From: Candidatus Latescibacterota bacterium | Lineage (GTDB): Bacteria; Latescibacterota; UBA2968; UBA8231 | Assembly: GCA_965243025.1 (NCBI GenBank) | Contig: CBDETY010000003.1 | Location: 3,232,001-3,296,000 of the forward strand | DNA: 64,000 nucleotides | Direction of reading: 5' to 3' | Shown: one piece after another, positions 9,091 to 18,352 of the stretch | Numbering within the stretch: position 1 is the stretch's first letter | Layout: the number at the start of each line of letters is the position of its first letter | Position numbers and translations under genes: made by a program | The notes under the pieces: model-generated | The model's input: the letters and a program-made list of their open reading frames with translations, nothing else | Told to the model about the DNA's origin: nothing | The model's database searches: none

Positions 9091-10245
9091 TCAGGCCTGC
9101 GGATCACCGGCCGCGGATCCCGCCAAGGTCTCCTCGACCACGAGGTCGACGACCGCGCGCAGGGCCTCCTCCTCGGAATCTCCTTCCAGCCGGCGCAGGC
9201 GGAAGTGATCGATCTGCCGGTCGGCGCCGGTGCCGTTCCGCACGAGGTGCAGGGCGTGGCGCAGCTCCTCCTCGCAGCCGAGGGCCCGGGCATCCTCGGA
9301 CAGACCCTCGACCACGGAAGTCGCGTACTCCTCGATGTCCAAGCGCCCGGCCCCGGCGGTATTCCCCAGGAACGAGAGAACGCCGTACCGCTGCGCCAGC
9401 CAGCAGTTCTCCTCGATCAGCTCCGACGGGGGCTCGGCCGGAAGCTTGCCCTCCATGTCCAGACGCAGCAGGTGCCGAATGAGACAGGCGTACAGCGCCA
9501 CGATGCACATGGCGTCGTCGACGGTGTGGCAGATGTCGCAGATGCGCAGCTCCACCGTGGGAAAGGTCCGGGAGGGGCGGATGTGCCACCACAGCTCGCT
9601 GCTGTCCTGGATGAATTCCATGCGGCGGTAGTCGGCCACCAGGCTGTCGAAGTCGGCCCAGGAGCGCAGCGGACCCGGCAGGCCGGTGCGCGGCATGCTG
9701 CCGAAGAGGGTCAGCCTGAAGGACTTGAAGCCGGTCTCCCGGCCCCCGCTGAACGGAGAGGAGGCGGAAAGCGCGTGCAGCAGCGGGAGATGGCGGCGCA
9801 TCGCCGTCATGACCCGCACGCGGCTGTTCAGGTCGCCGAAACCGGCGTGGATGTGCATGCCGCCGACGAGCAAGGTCCGGACCGCCTGCTGGTAGGTGAT
9901 CGCGAACTGCTCGTAGCGCTGGCCCTCGGTGATGACCTGGCTGGTCCAGGCCGCGAAGGGATGGGTCGAGGCGGCCAGGACCGCAGCCCCGTGTTTCGCG
10001 GCCCCGTCGATGACGAGGCTGCGGGTCTCGTTCAGGGCGGAGCGGACCTCCGCCACGGATGCGCAGACCCGGGTGGTGGTCTCGATCTGGGAGCGGAGAA
10101 ACTCCGCCACGACCTCGTGGGGCCCGCGGTTTTTCTCGCAGTCCTCGAAGATGCCGCGGTCGGGGTCCGGCAGGAGATCGCGGGTCCGCGGGTCGATCAG
10201 GAAGAACTCTTCCTCGACACCGATCGTTATTGCGAGGGGGTCCAT
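9091..10245 (-). CDS. Carboxylate-amine ligase / glutamate-cysteine ligase 2 (GCS2, YbdK family)
   Basis: TIGVEEEFFL, SQIETTT, GGMHIHAG, ALSASSPF, WWHIRPS..FPTVELRICD. Confidence 0.9.
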   Translation of the reverse strand: MDPLAITIGVEEEFFLIDPRTRDLLPDPDRGIFEDCEKNRGPHEVVAEFLRSQIETTTRVCASVAEVRSALNETRSLVIDGAAKHGAAVLAASTHPFAAWTSQVITEGQRYEQFAITYQQAVRTLLVGGMHIHAGFGDLNSRVRVMTAMRRHLPLLHALSASSPFSGGRETGFKSFRLTLFGSMPRTGLPGPLRSWADFDSLVADYRRMEFIQDSSELWWHIRPSRTFPTVELRICDICHTVDDAMCIVALYACLIRHLLRLDMEGKLPAEPPSELIEENCWLAQRYGVLSFLGNTAGAGRLDIEEYATSVVEGLSEDARALGCEEELRHALHLVRNGTGADRQIDHFRLRRLEGDSEEEALRAVVDLVVEETLAGSAAGDPQA

Positions 10246-10310
10246 AATCTCTTGCACTCCCGGTTCAGCAAAGCCGCCGAAGCCGCCTGTCCGGCGCGCT
10301 TTCGAAAGCA

Positions 10311-11867
10311 TCAGACATAGGCAATTACCAGCTCGATCCCCACGATGCGCAGGCAGTCCCGGCCCTCGATGCGGTCGAGGGCGACCTCGATCCGGTTCTC
10401 TCCCTGGACGACGGGAATGTCGCGAAAGGTGACGGTGGTGCTGGAGGGCAGCTCGATCCGGCGTCCCGAATCGAGGCGGCTGCCGTTCAGGGAAACCGAA
10501 GCCCCGACCCGGGCGAGGTCGTACTCCCGACAGGTGATCCGCAGCCAGGTGTCGGCCACGGCCTGCTCCCGCCGCGCCGACTCGACGTCGTCCCCGACCA
10601 CGATGCGGAACACCCGACTCTCGCCGGGTTCCCGGATTTCGTACGGAAGCGGCATCTCTCCCCCCCGCTCGGGGGTATTCAGCTGCAAGTCGACGCTGAC
10701 GGTGTAGCGCTTGTTCCTGCGGGCGATCCGCCGCGGGTCGTCGATCTCGCGCAGCAGCTGGATCTCGTCCGGGGTGTAGGCGTCGCTGCCGGTCTTCGGC
10801 AGCCGGTGGCAGTCGTAGTTGAACAGGTAGATGCAGCTCGCCCCCTGGTGCCAGAAGCTCGAGGCGGCGGCGTACAGCATGTCGTTGCCGGCGTAGCCGT
10901 ACACCTTGGAGAAGCGCTCCAGGCCGCCGCCGACCCGGCAGGAGGTTCCCTTCGCCAGCTCTGCGAAGGCGGCGATCTCGGCCCCCATGTCGAGGTAGGC
11001 GTTGTCCATCGGGACGAACAGGTCGGCCAGCTCTTCCCGGATCCAGGTGGGCACGTCCAGGCCCGTGCCCAGGCAGCGCTCGCGCGTCGGCGGCACCCGC
11101 ATCATCAGGGTGAACGGCCGTCCCTTCTTCTTCGCGATCCCGGCGGTGCCGGCCCGGACCTTGCGCACGAAATCCGTCATCAGCGGCATGCCCGCGGCTT
11201 CCTCACCCTGCCTGAAGTACCAGCGTCCGCGCTGGAAGTCCATCTCGAAGCCGTCGACGTCGTAGCGCTCGCAGGTCTCCAGGATCAGCCCGAGCTTGCG
11301 CTCCCGCACCTCCTCGCGGGCGAAGTCGAAGGCCCAGGTGAAGTCGTCCTGCCGGTAGCCGGGGTACCCGGACACCTTCGGGTAGGGGGACCCGATCAGC
11401 AGGTGCCGGTTCTCCTTCTTGAAGTCGCTGCGCAGGGCGCTCCAGCGGGCGGTGTCGTCCTCGTGGATGTCGTTCATGCGCAGTGCGGGCCAGAACTGCA
11501 TGCCCCGCTCGTGCGCCCGCCCCGCCAGCAGCTCGATGATGTTGACTCCCCGGTCGAGGAGCGCCCTGGTGCTGTCGGCCATCCAGCGCACGTACTCCAG
11601 GCCCTCGGCCCGCGGCCACTCGTCGGCGTCGACGTTCGATCCGTACACCTCGCCGAACCCGGTGGGGTGGGAGAAAGTCTCGTCGCCGCGGCCCATCGAG
11701 TTGGCGAACACCTCGACGCCGGTGCCGGCGATCTCCTCGATGTCGCGGCAGGCCTGCTCCGGCGTGATCGGCGGCTCGAAGGCGATGTAGGTCGTCGAGT
11801 CCCCGTCCGAGTTGAAGATCAGCCGGGGGCAGTCCGCAGGGCTCTCGGGGCTGGAGGTTTCGCTCAT
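10311..11867 (-). CDS. Glycoside-hydrolase-like protein (GHL10-like TIM barrel)
   Basis: LIFNSDG, ALRMNDIH, FDFAREEVR, YDVDGFEMDFQR, YLFNY motifs. Confidence 0.65.
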   Translation of the reverse strand: MSETSSPESPADCPRLIFNSDGDSTTYIAFEPPITPEQACRDIEEIAGTGVEVFANSMGRGDETFSHPTGFGEVYGSNVDADEWPRAEGLEYVRWMADSTRALLDRGVNIIELLAGRAHERGMQFWPALRMNDIHEDDTARWSALRSDFKKENRHLLIGSPYPKVSGYPGYRQDDFTWAFDFAREEVRERKLGLILETCERYDVDGFEMDFQRGRWYFRQGEEAAGMPLMTDFVRKVRAGTAGIAKKKGRPFTLMMRVPPTRERCLGTGLDVPTWIREELADLFVPMDNAYLDMGAEIAAFAELAKGTSCRVGGGLERFSKVYGYAGNDMLYAAASSFWHQGASCIYLFNYDCHRLPKTGSDAYTPDEIQLLREIDDPRRIARRNKRYTVSVDLQLNTPERGGEMPLPYEIREPGESRVFRIVVGDDVESARREQAVADTWLRITCREYDLARVGASVSLNGSRLDSGRRIELPSSTTVTFRDIPVVQGENRIEVALDRIEGRDCLRIVGIELVIAYV

Positions 11868-11984
11868 CGAATGCTCCTTTCCATGCCCGGTAACCTGGAG
11901 AACGGTGGCAGGGTTCCATTCCCCATTTCAAACCGAGCCAGGATAGGGACAGGAAATAAAGGTTCGGAAACTGAACTGACTGGC

Positions 11985-13694
11985 TCAGGCGAAGTCGGAT
12001 CGCCAGAGATGAACCGCCCGTGCCGCCAAGCGAATCTGACGCTCGTTCAGCAGCTCCGGGGTCCACTCCTCGGGGGCCATCTGGGGGATCTGCCGGGTGA
12101 GGCCATAGGTGCTTTCCCCGTAAACCTTCAGCTTGTCGCGATACCCGGCGTTGCCGACGCGCCGGTTGGCAGCCGACTCGAGCAGGGTAAGGTTGCCGAG
12201 CCGGTACTCCAAGGCTTCCCACCTCGCAGGATCGAAGGCCTCTCTCCACTCATCCGTGGGGTTTTCCGGAAGGATGTGCTCGACGGTGCCGGGGTCGGTA
12301 TCGGGATCACAGGCCCTCCCCGTCGTGTCCTGTTCCAGTCGAGCGAGGATATACCTGGCCAACTTTCTCTGTCTGCCGCTGGTCCCGACGGCAAAGCCCG
12401 CAAAATCCTGCTGCATCTTCTCGTCTGCCACGTAGATCGGTCTCAGGCGCTCGAACACTTCGGCTGGGGTGGTAACCGCTCCATCCTTGACAGGTTTTGC
12501 CGCCTCGTGAAACGCCGCTTCCAGGGCGCTCGGGTTGAGGCCGCTGACCACGGTATAGCGGAAGGACACCACGCTCACGAGCCGCAATACGCGGACGAAA
12601 TCCCCGGGTGGGAACGATTCCCAGGCAGTAAACAGCAAGGGCATCATCTGGCGTACGCGGAACAGGTTCAGCTCGCGGATGTAGGGCCTGGCGTCCGGCA
12701 ACTCCACCCAATAGGAATGGTTCGGGTCCGAAACCGCCACGAACAGCTCTGCGCGCCGCTCCAGATCCTCGAGCAACCCGAACACATCGTCTGGAGTCGT
12801 AGTCCGGTCCCGCACCAGCTTGAACAGCCGTTGGCTGCGCACCCTTGGCAGCTCGCAGAGCAGGTGGTAGCGGAGCAGTTCCGGGAACCGCTCCTGCTCC
12901 ACGGTGTCGACGAGCCAGCGCCAGCGGCGCTGGAGCGCCTCGAGGTCAGCGGCGACGCGAACGCGCGAGAACAGATAGTTCTTCAGCAGGTCGGTGGTGG
13001 TCAGCTCGAGGCCGCGGGCATTGAGGGTCTCGAACACCGTGTAGGCGTTCAGGTCATCGTCGACCGTGATCAGTATGAAGAGCAATTGCCGCGCAATGGT
13101 TTCGGAGAGCACGCTCGCAAGGGCTCTCCCGTCACGCTCCAGATCGGACAGCTCTTCAAGGCGGATCCTGAAGGTGCGGAAGCACTGCCACAGGAGCCGG
13201 TTGGATTTCGGCAGGCGCCTCGGGTTTCTCGGCTCCCTGATCTGTACCAGGTATTCCTGATAGAAGTCGTTGTCGGTCTCGTTCAGGTACAGCCGGCTGC
13301 TCTGGGTGAGGGACGCCGGATCTTTTTCCCCGATGAACCGGTTGCGCAGTTCCTGCGCTCGTTCGCTGTTCGCGTCGCTATCGATCCCCCCGTCCGCCAT
13401 GGTTCGAAGCTGGGAGATCACTGCCAAGGCCAGAACGCTGAGGGTGGCGAGCCTCTGCTGGCCGTCGATGATCAGGAACTCCCGGTCACCCCTTTCCTCG
13501 ACAACCAGGGCGCCGAGATAGTGGCGTTCGCCCGGATCCCTGCGCAGATCCACGAGGTCGTTCCAAAGGTCTTCCCACTGCTCCTCCGACCAGGAGTAAT
13601 CCCGCTGGTAAGGAGGCACGCGGTACTGTTTCCCGTTGCCGATCAACTCCAGGTAGTTGATCGTGCGGGTGTTCAATACGTTGCTTCTCGCCAT
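11985..13694 (-). CDS. DUF262 + DUF1524/HNH protein (GmrSD-like type IV restriction / SspE-like)
   Basis: VPPYQRDYSW, IIDGQQRL, FETLNARG, then VEHILPEN..LGNLTLL..N HNH-like motif. Confidence 0.9.
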   Translation of the reverse strand: MARSNVLNTRTINYLELIGNGKQYRVPPYQRDYSWSEEQWEDLWNDLVDLRRDPGERHYLGALVVEERGDREFLIIDGQQRLATLSVLALAVISQLRTMADGGIDSDANSERAQELRNRFIGEKDPASLTQSSRLYLNETDNDFYQEYLVQIREPRNPRRLPKSNRLLWQCFRTFRIRLEELSDLERDGRALASVLSETIARQLLFILITVDDDLNAYTVFETLNARGLELTTTDLLKNYLFSRVRVAADLEALQRRWRWLVDTVEQERFPELLRYHLLCELPRVRSQRLFKLVRDRTTTPDDVFGLLEDLERRAELFVAVSDPNHSYWVELPDARPYIRELNLFRVRQMMPLLFTAWESFPPGDFVRVLRLVSVVSFRYTVVSGLNPSALEAAFHEAAKPVKDGAVTTPAEVFERLRPIYVADEKMQQDFAGFAVGTSGRQRKLARYILARLEQDTTGRACDPDTDPGTVEHILPENPTDEWREAFDPARWEALEYRLGNLTLLESAANRRVGNAGYRDKLKVYGESTYGLTRQIPQMAPEEWTPELLNERQIRLAARAVHLWRSDFA

Positions 13695-13878
13695 TGCGTT
13701 CGAGTGGAGAATAGTGACACGACGTACCAGGAAAGATAAGGCACTTTGTTGGAGCCCCTTTCGCGGAACCGGGTGCGAAGCCAGGACGAGCTGTCCGGGA
13801 ATCTTCACCAGACCCTTCCGCTGCCCGGACCTGCGAAACCATCCCCTGAACTGAACTGGTGTGGCTCGAAGGAACCCG

Positions 13879-14882
13879 ATGACCGGAATGAATAGGAGAC
13901 CGCGCATCGCCATTGGCGGCATCCTGACCGAGTGCAACCACTTCGGCGGTCTGCCCATCGACCTGAGGACGTACGAGGAAAACGAGCTGCTGCGCGGAGA
14001 AGAGGTCCTCTCCTGCGATACCAGCGTGGTGGGCGGGATGCTGGAGGCCCTGAGGACGGAGAGCGCCGATCCGGTTCCCCTGCTCTACGCCACCGCCTGC
14101 GCCGGCGGACCGATCGCCGCTGCCTGCTACGCCCGGCTTCGCGGCGAGCTCCTCGACCGCCTGCGGAAAGCCCTGCCCGTGGACGGGGTGCTGATGCCCA
14201 TCCACGGGTCGGCCCTGGCCGAGGGAAACGACGATCCGGAGGGGGACATGATTCACGCCGTGCGCCGGATCGTCGGGCCCGACACCCCCATCGTCACCTG
14301 TCTCGACCTGCACGCCAACGTCACCGCGGAGATGGTGCGCCACGCCGACGCCATGCTCGGCTGGGAGACCTACCCCCACCGCGACCAGTACGGCACCGGC
14401 GTGCGCACCGCCCGCCTGATTCTGCGCATGCTGCGGGGAGAATGCCGTCCCGCCATGGGCACAAGCTGGACCCGCGCTGGGGGCGGACGCGCCGCTTCAC
14501 CGGCAGGGTGGAGGGCCTGAGCGACGGCCGCTTCACCTACACCGGCGGGCAGTGGGAAGGGCTCGAGGCCGAGATGGGAAAGACCGCTGTTTTCGCCGTC
14601 GGCCATGTCAGGGTCCTCGTCATGAGCCGCGCCACCTACGACTGGTCAGACGAGCAGTTCCGGGCGGCAGGAATCGACCCGGCGGAGACGAAGTTCATCG
14701 TCGCCAAGAACCCGATGAACTTCCGCCTCGCCTACGGCGGAATGGCGAAGGGAATGATCGTTCTCGACACCCCGGGGCCGACCCCGGCTACCCTCAGGCA
14801 CGTGCGCTTCGAGAAGTTGAAGCGCCCCTACTTCCCCGCCGATCCCGACGTTCCCGGTATGGAGCCTGTGGTTCTCGCCTGA
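13879..14882 (+). pseudogene. MlrC/M81 metallopeptidase with internal deletion and frameshift
   Basis: The N-part (RIAIGGILTECNHF, HGS, DLHAN, TYPHRD) ends at ECRPAM near 14458. The C-part (GHKLD..GRVEGLSDGRF..RPYFP) is in another frame. The middle of the protein appears missing. Confidence 0.85.
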
Positions 14883-15004
14883 GAAGGATCTCCGACTGGA
14901 ATCGCGGAGGCAGCTCGTGGAAGGAAGGCCGGTTACCCGGGGAGAAGCTTCAGGTAAACCGCAAAAAGGAGGCCGGGCTGAAAAAAGTTGCCGGCCGGGA
15001 AATC

Positions 15005-16066
15005 TCAAGGAGACCCGGGCGCCCTGGTCCCCCGCTTGATTTCGCCCCAGCTGCGGGGCGTGACTCCGGTGGGGGCCTCGACCTGCACGAAATCGAGGAA
15101 CCAGACCGGGTGGTGCCTTCCCGGGCTTCTGAAGAAGGCGATCTGATCGCCGGCCGGGCTCCAGTGCGGGTTCAGGTTCCACAGCGAATCGAAGGTGATC
15201 CGCCTGAGGCGCGCCAGCCCCTCCCCTTCGGCGATGAAGATCTCCCGGGTGTCCTCTTCAACCTTGCCGTCAAAGGCCAGGCGCCGGCCGTCGGGAGACC
15301 AGGAAGGCGGGAAGAAGCCGGACAGGTTCTCCCCGATTTCCATCCTGTCCCCTGTCATACCCTCCTGCACGTACAGTGCGTATTCGGGAACGAAATACTC
15401 ATCGGATCCTTCAGGCCTGGATTGTGCGTAGAAATAGGCCAACCGGGACGAAATTGGAGACCAGCTCGCGGTAGGGGGTTCCATCGCACGCGAGGTTCGG
15501 CGCCGACCCGTGTCGGGATCCAGGACACTCGTAAACCGCGTCCGTGACGGATTGATCCCCCACCCCGACACCGAGTGACATGCGATCCCGATCGACCACC
15601 AGTCGAACACGTTGTAGTCGAGGTGGCTGAGAGCGATTTCCCTGCGGTTGTCCCCTTCGATCTCCTCGATGAAGATCACCGGTATGAGCTCGCCGGATTC
15701 TTCCTGGCTCTGCCAGAATGCATAGCGGTCTCCGTGCGGCGACCAGCCCACAGCCCGTCCATCCCCCACCTGCCGACGGTTCGAACCGTCTGCCTGCGCG
15801 AGAAACACCTGCTCCGAGGAGGTGAACAGGATCCAGTCGCCGACGGGCGACCACTTCGGGTCATGTCCGGGTCCCAGGGCGGCAACAGTCCGATGGGTGT
15901 ACGCGTCCGCAACTAGGAGCTCCTCAGCGACTTCATACACCAGGCGGTCTCCCTGCGGAGACCACGACAGGCTCTGTGCCGAAACCGGAGCGGCTGCGAA
16001 GACGAGCAGGACGGCGACCACGGCTGCCGCAGCTGCCCGGCAAGGGACCTTCACCGCCCGGATCAA
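15005..16066 (-). CDS. Secreted TolB-like (PD40) beta-propeller protein with C-terminal SWG tag
   Basis: Signal peptide, repeated WSPxGD motifs, ends TGVTPRSWGEIKRG... Confidence 0.8.
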   Translation of the reverse strand: MIRAVKVPCRAAAAAVVAVLLVFAAAPVSAQSLSWSPQGDRLVYEVAEELLVADAYTHRTVAALGPGHDPKWSPVGDWILFTSSEQVFLAQADGSNRRQVGDGRAVGWSPHGDRYAFWQSQEESGELIPVIFIEEIEGDNRREIALSHLDYNVFDWWSIGIACHSVSGWGINPSRTRFTSVLDPDTGRRRTSRAMEPPTASWSPISSRLAYFYAQSRPEGSDEYFVPEYALYVQEGMTGDRMEIGENLSGFFPPSWSPDGRRLAFDGKVEEDTREIFIAEGEGLARLRRITFDSLWNLNPHWSPAGDQIAFFRSPGRHHPVWFLDFVQVEAPTGVTPRSWGEIKRGTRAPGSP

Positions 16067-16088
16067 TCAGGCGGAACGGGGCGCGGGG

Positions 16089-16730
16089 TTACCGGCGCCA
16101 GTCCGCTTTCAGGCCGCCCCAGGTCGTCCCGGCCACGGCAGTGTCGGCGTCGAGGCGCTGGAATTGCATGGTTTCTTCTCCCCCGTCCTCCGTGGGCGAG
16201 GTTATGGAGAGGGTGTCGCCCTCGATTGCCCAGGTGACCTCCTCCTCCTCGAATCCAGCGACGAGATCCTCCTCTTCGACTCCGGCGAGGAACTCGTCGA
16301 CGAATTCCTGCTCGAAGGCCGGGTAGTCCTCCTCGGAGACTCCGCCCAAGTCCGCTGTAACCCGGGCAAGGGCGCGGGCGACCTCGGTGAGGACCTCGAG
16401 GAAGGGTCGGTCGCCGACGAGCATCTCCACCTCGGTGATATCGACCGATATCTTGTCGCCGTCGACCCCGTAGGTGCCGGTACCCTGGACAGCGATCGCC
16501 TCCACGGGTGTTCCCGTGGATTCGACAACCTCCCGGAAGTCTTCTCCCAGCTCGATCATCTGATACAGCTCGAAGCCCCCATCCTCCTGAAAGGTAAGGC
16601 GCATTGTGACCGGGTTGCCCTCCTCGTCCACGAAGCTCGTCTCCCAGGTGCCGATGAGGGCCTCTTCCTGGGCGGAGAGAGGAAGGACGAGCAGACCGAG
16701 GAACAGGATGGGAAAGGAAATCCTGCGCAT
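16089..16730 (-). CDS. Secreted acidic lipocalin-like hypothetical protein with TWG tag
   Basis: AGGAGG RBS, signal peptide MRRISFPILFLGLLVLPLSA, LIGTW..GTY..WAIEGDTL. Ends TAVAGTTWGGLKADWRR. Confidence 0.75.
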   Translation of the reverse strand: MRRISFPILFLGLLVLPLSAQEEALIGTWETSFVDEEGNPVTMRLTFQEDGGFELYQMIELGEDFREVVESTGTPVEAIAVQGTGTYGVDGDKISVDITEVEMLVGDRPFLEVLTEVARALARVTADLGGVSEEDYPAFEQEFVDEFLAGVEEEDLVAGFEEEEVTWAIEGDTLSITSPTEDGGEETMQFQRLDADTAVAGTTWGGLKADWRR

Positions 16731-17100
16731 GGGAAACCTCCTGGTTTCTTCTGGTTGAAGGAAAAGGCCGCGCGCGAAATGCGGGGGACGGATTATCCAT
16801 CGGCGGTCTTCAACCGTCGCTGCTTTGTAATCTAACGACGTTCTCATCTGGCCATGTGTTCCCGGTCTGCCGGCAACAGGCGGATGATGCCTTGTGAACC
16901 CCTGGGCGGAATGTCGCACGCAGCGGATTTGACAGGGGCGCTCAGAGAATCCTCTACTCAGAAGGACAGCCCCGATAAAAGAGTGGGCGCGATCGCGGAG
17001 CAGTGATGACGCCCCTCATCCGTCAGCCCGCCGGATCGACTTTATTCCCATCGATTCGGTGGCCATGCCATGATTGCCGGGTCGTCCTCGGGCCTGCCGG

Positions 17101-18276
17101 CTACGAGTGGTCGAGCTCCCAGATGGGGAAGTAGAAGGGAAACAGCCCGCCCAACAGGTCGGCCGCCCCCGCGGGCAGATCGAGCGGGTCGCAGGAGGGA
17201 TGGCCGCCGAAGACCAGCTGCACCATCTGCCGCCTGTTCAGGGCAACCCTTTCCGCATCCGGGGCGGGACCGAAGCGCACCTCGCCGTCGCCGAACCCGA
17301 GGGTAACCACAGCCCCGGTGTCCGTGCACTCCAGCGAGACGGCCCCCGAGAGCCCGGTCGACCGGGAGCGCAGGTGGCTCCCGATGCTCCTCAGCAGCAG
17401 TCCCAGGTCGTTGATCCGCATCATCTGGGGTCCGACCCCGGCGGCGAGCTCGACCGGCTTCCGCGTCGATGCCGCCCGGTCCGCCAGGAGGTCGTCCAGC
17501 ACCGAGGGGTTCAGGTTCGTTATCGCCTGGACCGGTGCGTTTGTCCTCACCGCCTCCGCCACCAGGGCTTCCACCGCTTCAGGAGCCCCGCCCGCCTCGA
17601 TCAGGCCTGGCTTGTTCCTTCCCGAGCCGACGCACAGATAGCCCGCCACCTCCCCGCCGGCCAAGGCCAGCCTCGTTTCGATCTTCGGGAGGGTCAGCAG
17701 GGCGGCGTACTCCTCCCGGGAGCGGGCGACCCGGAATGGCTCGGCGTCGTGGAAGCGGATGACGGCGTCGAGGTGTCCCGGGTGCCCCGGATCGAAGGGG
17801 ACGGTCTCGAAGTCCCCCCGCTCGAACGACGCGGCGTCGCCGGGGGCGAGGGTGTACACCCACCCCTGGTTGCCCACCGCCTCCCACCCGGAGTGGTGGT
17901 AGAAGGGGAAGGTGGCGTGCTGCGTCCACAGCACCGACACCGGCCAGCCGTTCTCCTGCATGATGCGGACGCAGTCGCGCAGGCAGCGGGTGGCGTACCC
18001 CTTGCGGCGGTGGTCGGGGTGGGTGACGGTGGGGCTGATGATGCCGGCGGTGAAGGAATCGCCGCCCGCGGCGATCACCCGCGGGGCAACCGGAACGTGG
18101 GCGACAACCCGGCCGGCGACCTTGAGGATGCGCATGTACCGGAGCCCCCCCTCGTTGAAGATCAGGGGGTAGTCGGTGCGGATGTCCTGGTCGGAGCCGG
18201 GGCGGAAGGTGGCGTTGATCAGGGCGATGGTCTCGTCGAACTCTTCCGGCCTGCAGGCGCGGGGTCCCTCGATCAT
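17101..18276 (-). CDS. Eis-like GNAT acetyltransferase with C-terminal SCP2-like domain
   Basis: VTHPDHRRKGYA..FYHHSGWE, about 390 aa, C-terminal YFPIWELDHS typical of the Eis architecture. Confidence 0.8.
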   Translation of the reverse strand: MIEGPRACRPEEFDETIALINATFRPGSDQDIRTDYPLIFNEGGLRYMRILKVAGRVVAHVPVAPRVIAAGGDSFTAGIISPTVTHPDHRRKGYATRCLRDCVRIMQENGWPVSVLWTQHATFPFYHHSGWEAVGNQGWVYTLAPGDAASFERGDFETVPFDPGHPGHLDAVIRFHDAEPFRVARSREEYAALLTLPKIETRLALAGGEVAGYLCVGSGRNKPGLIEAGGAPEAVEALVAEAVRTNAPVQAITNLNPSVLDDLLADRAASTRKPVELAAGVGPQMMRINDLGLLLRSIGSHLRSRSTGLSGAVSLECTDTGAVVTLGFGDGEVRFGPAPDAERVALNRRQMVQLVFGGHPSCDPLDLPAGAADLLGGLFPFYFPIWELDHS

Positions 18277-18352
18277 GGGTTCTTTTCTCCGTTGCGATCG
18301 GTCGCTCCGGCCCGGCGTCGACCGCGAGGCTCGAAGATAACCGGCGGCGGCT

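Noticed and set aside
10806-13739. 977-aa plus-strand ORF and other long antisense ORFs (42627..45041, 55537..57360, 58594..60993, most of 62001..63941)
   Set aside because: They are shadow ORFs of high-GC genes, have no motifs, and lie opposite well-supported genes.
14440-14520. Programmed frameshift in mlrC
   Set aside because: There is no slippery sequence and a large central part appears absent, so deletion explains it better.
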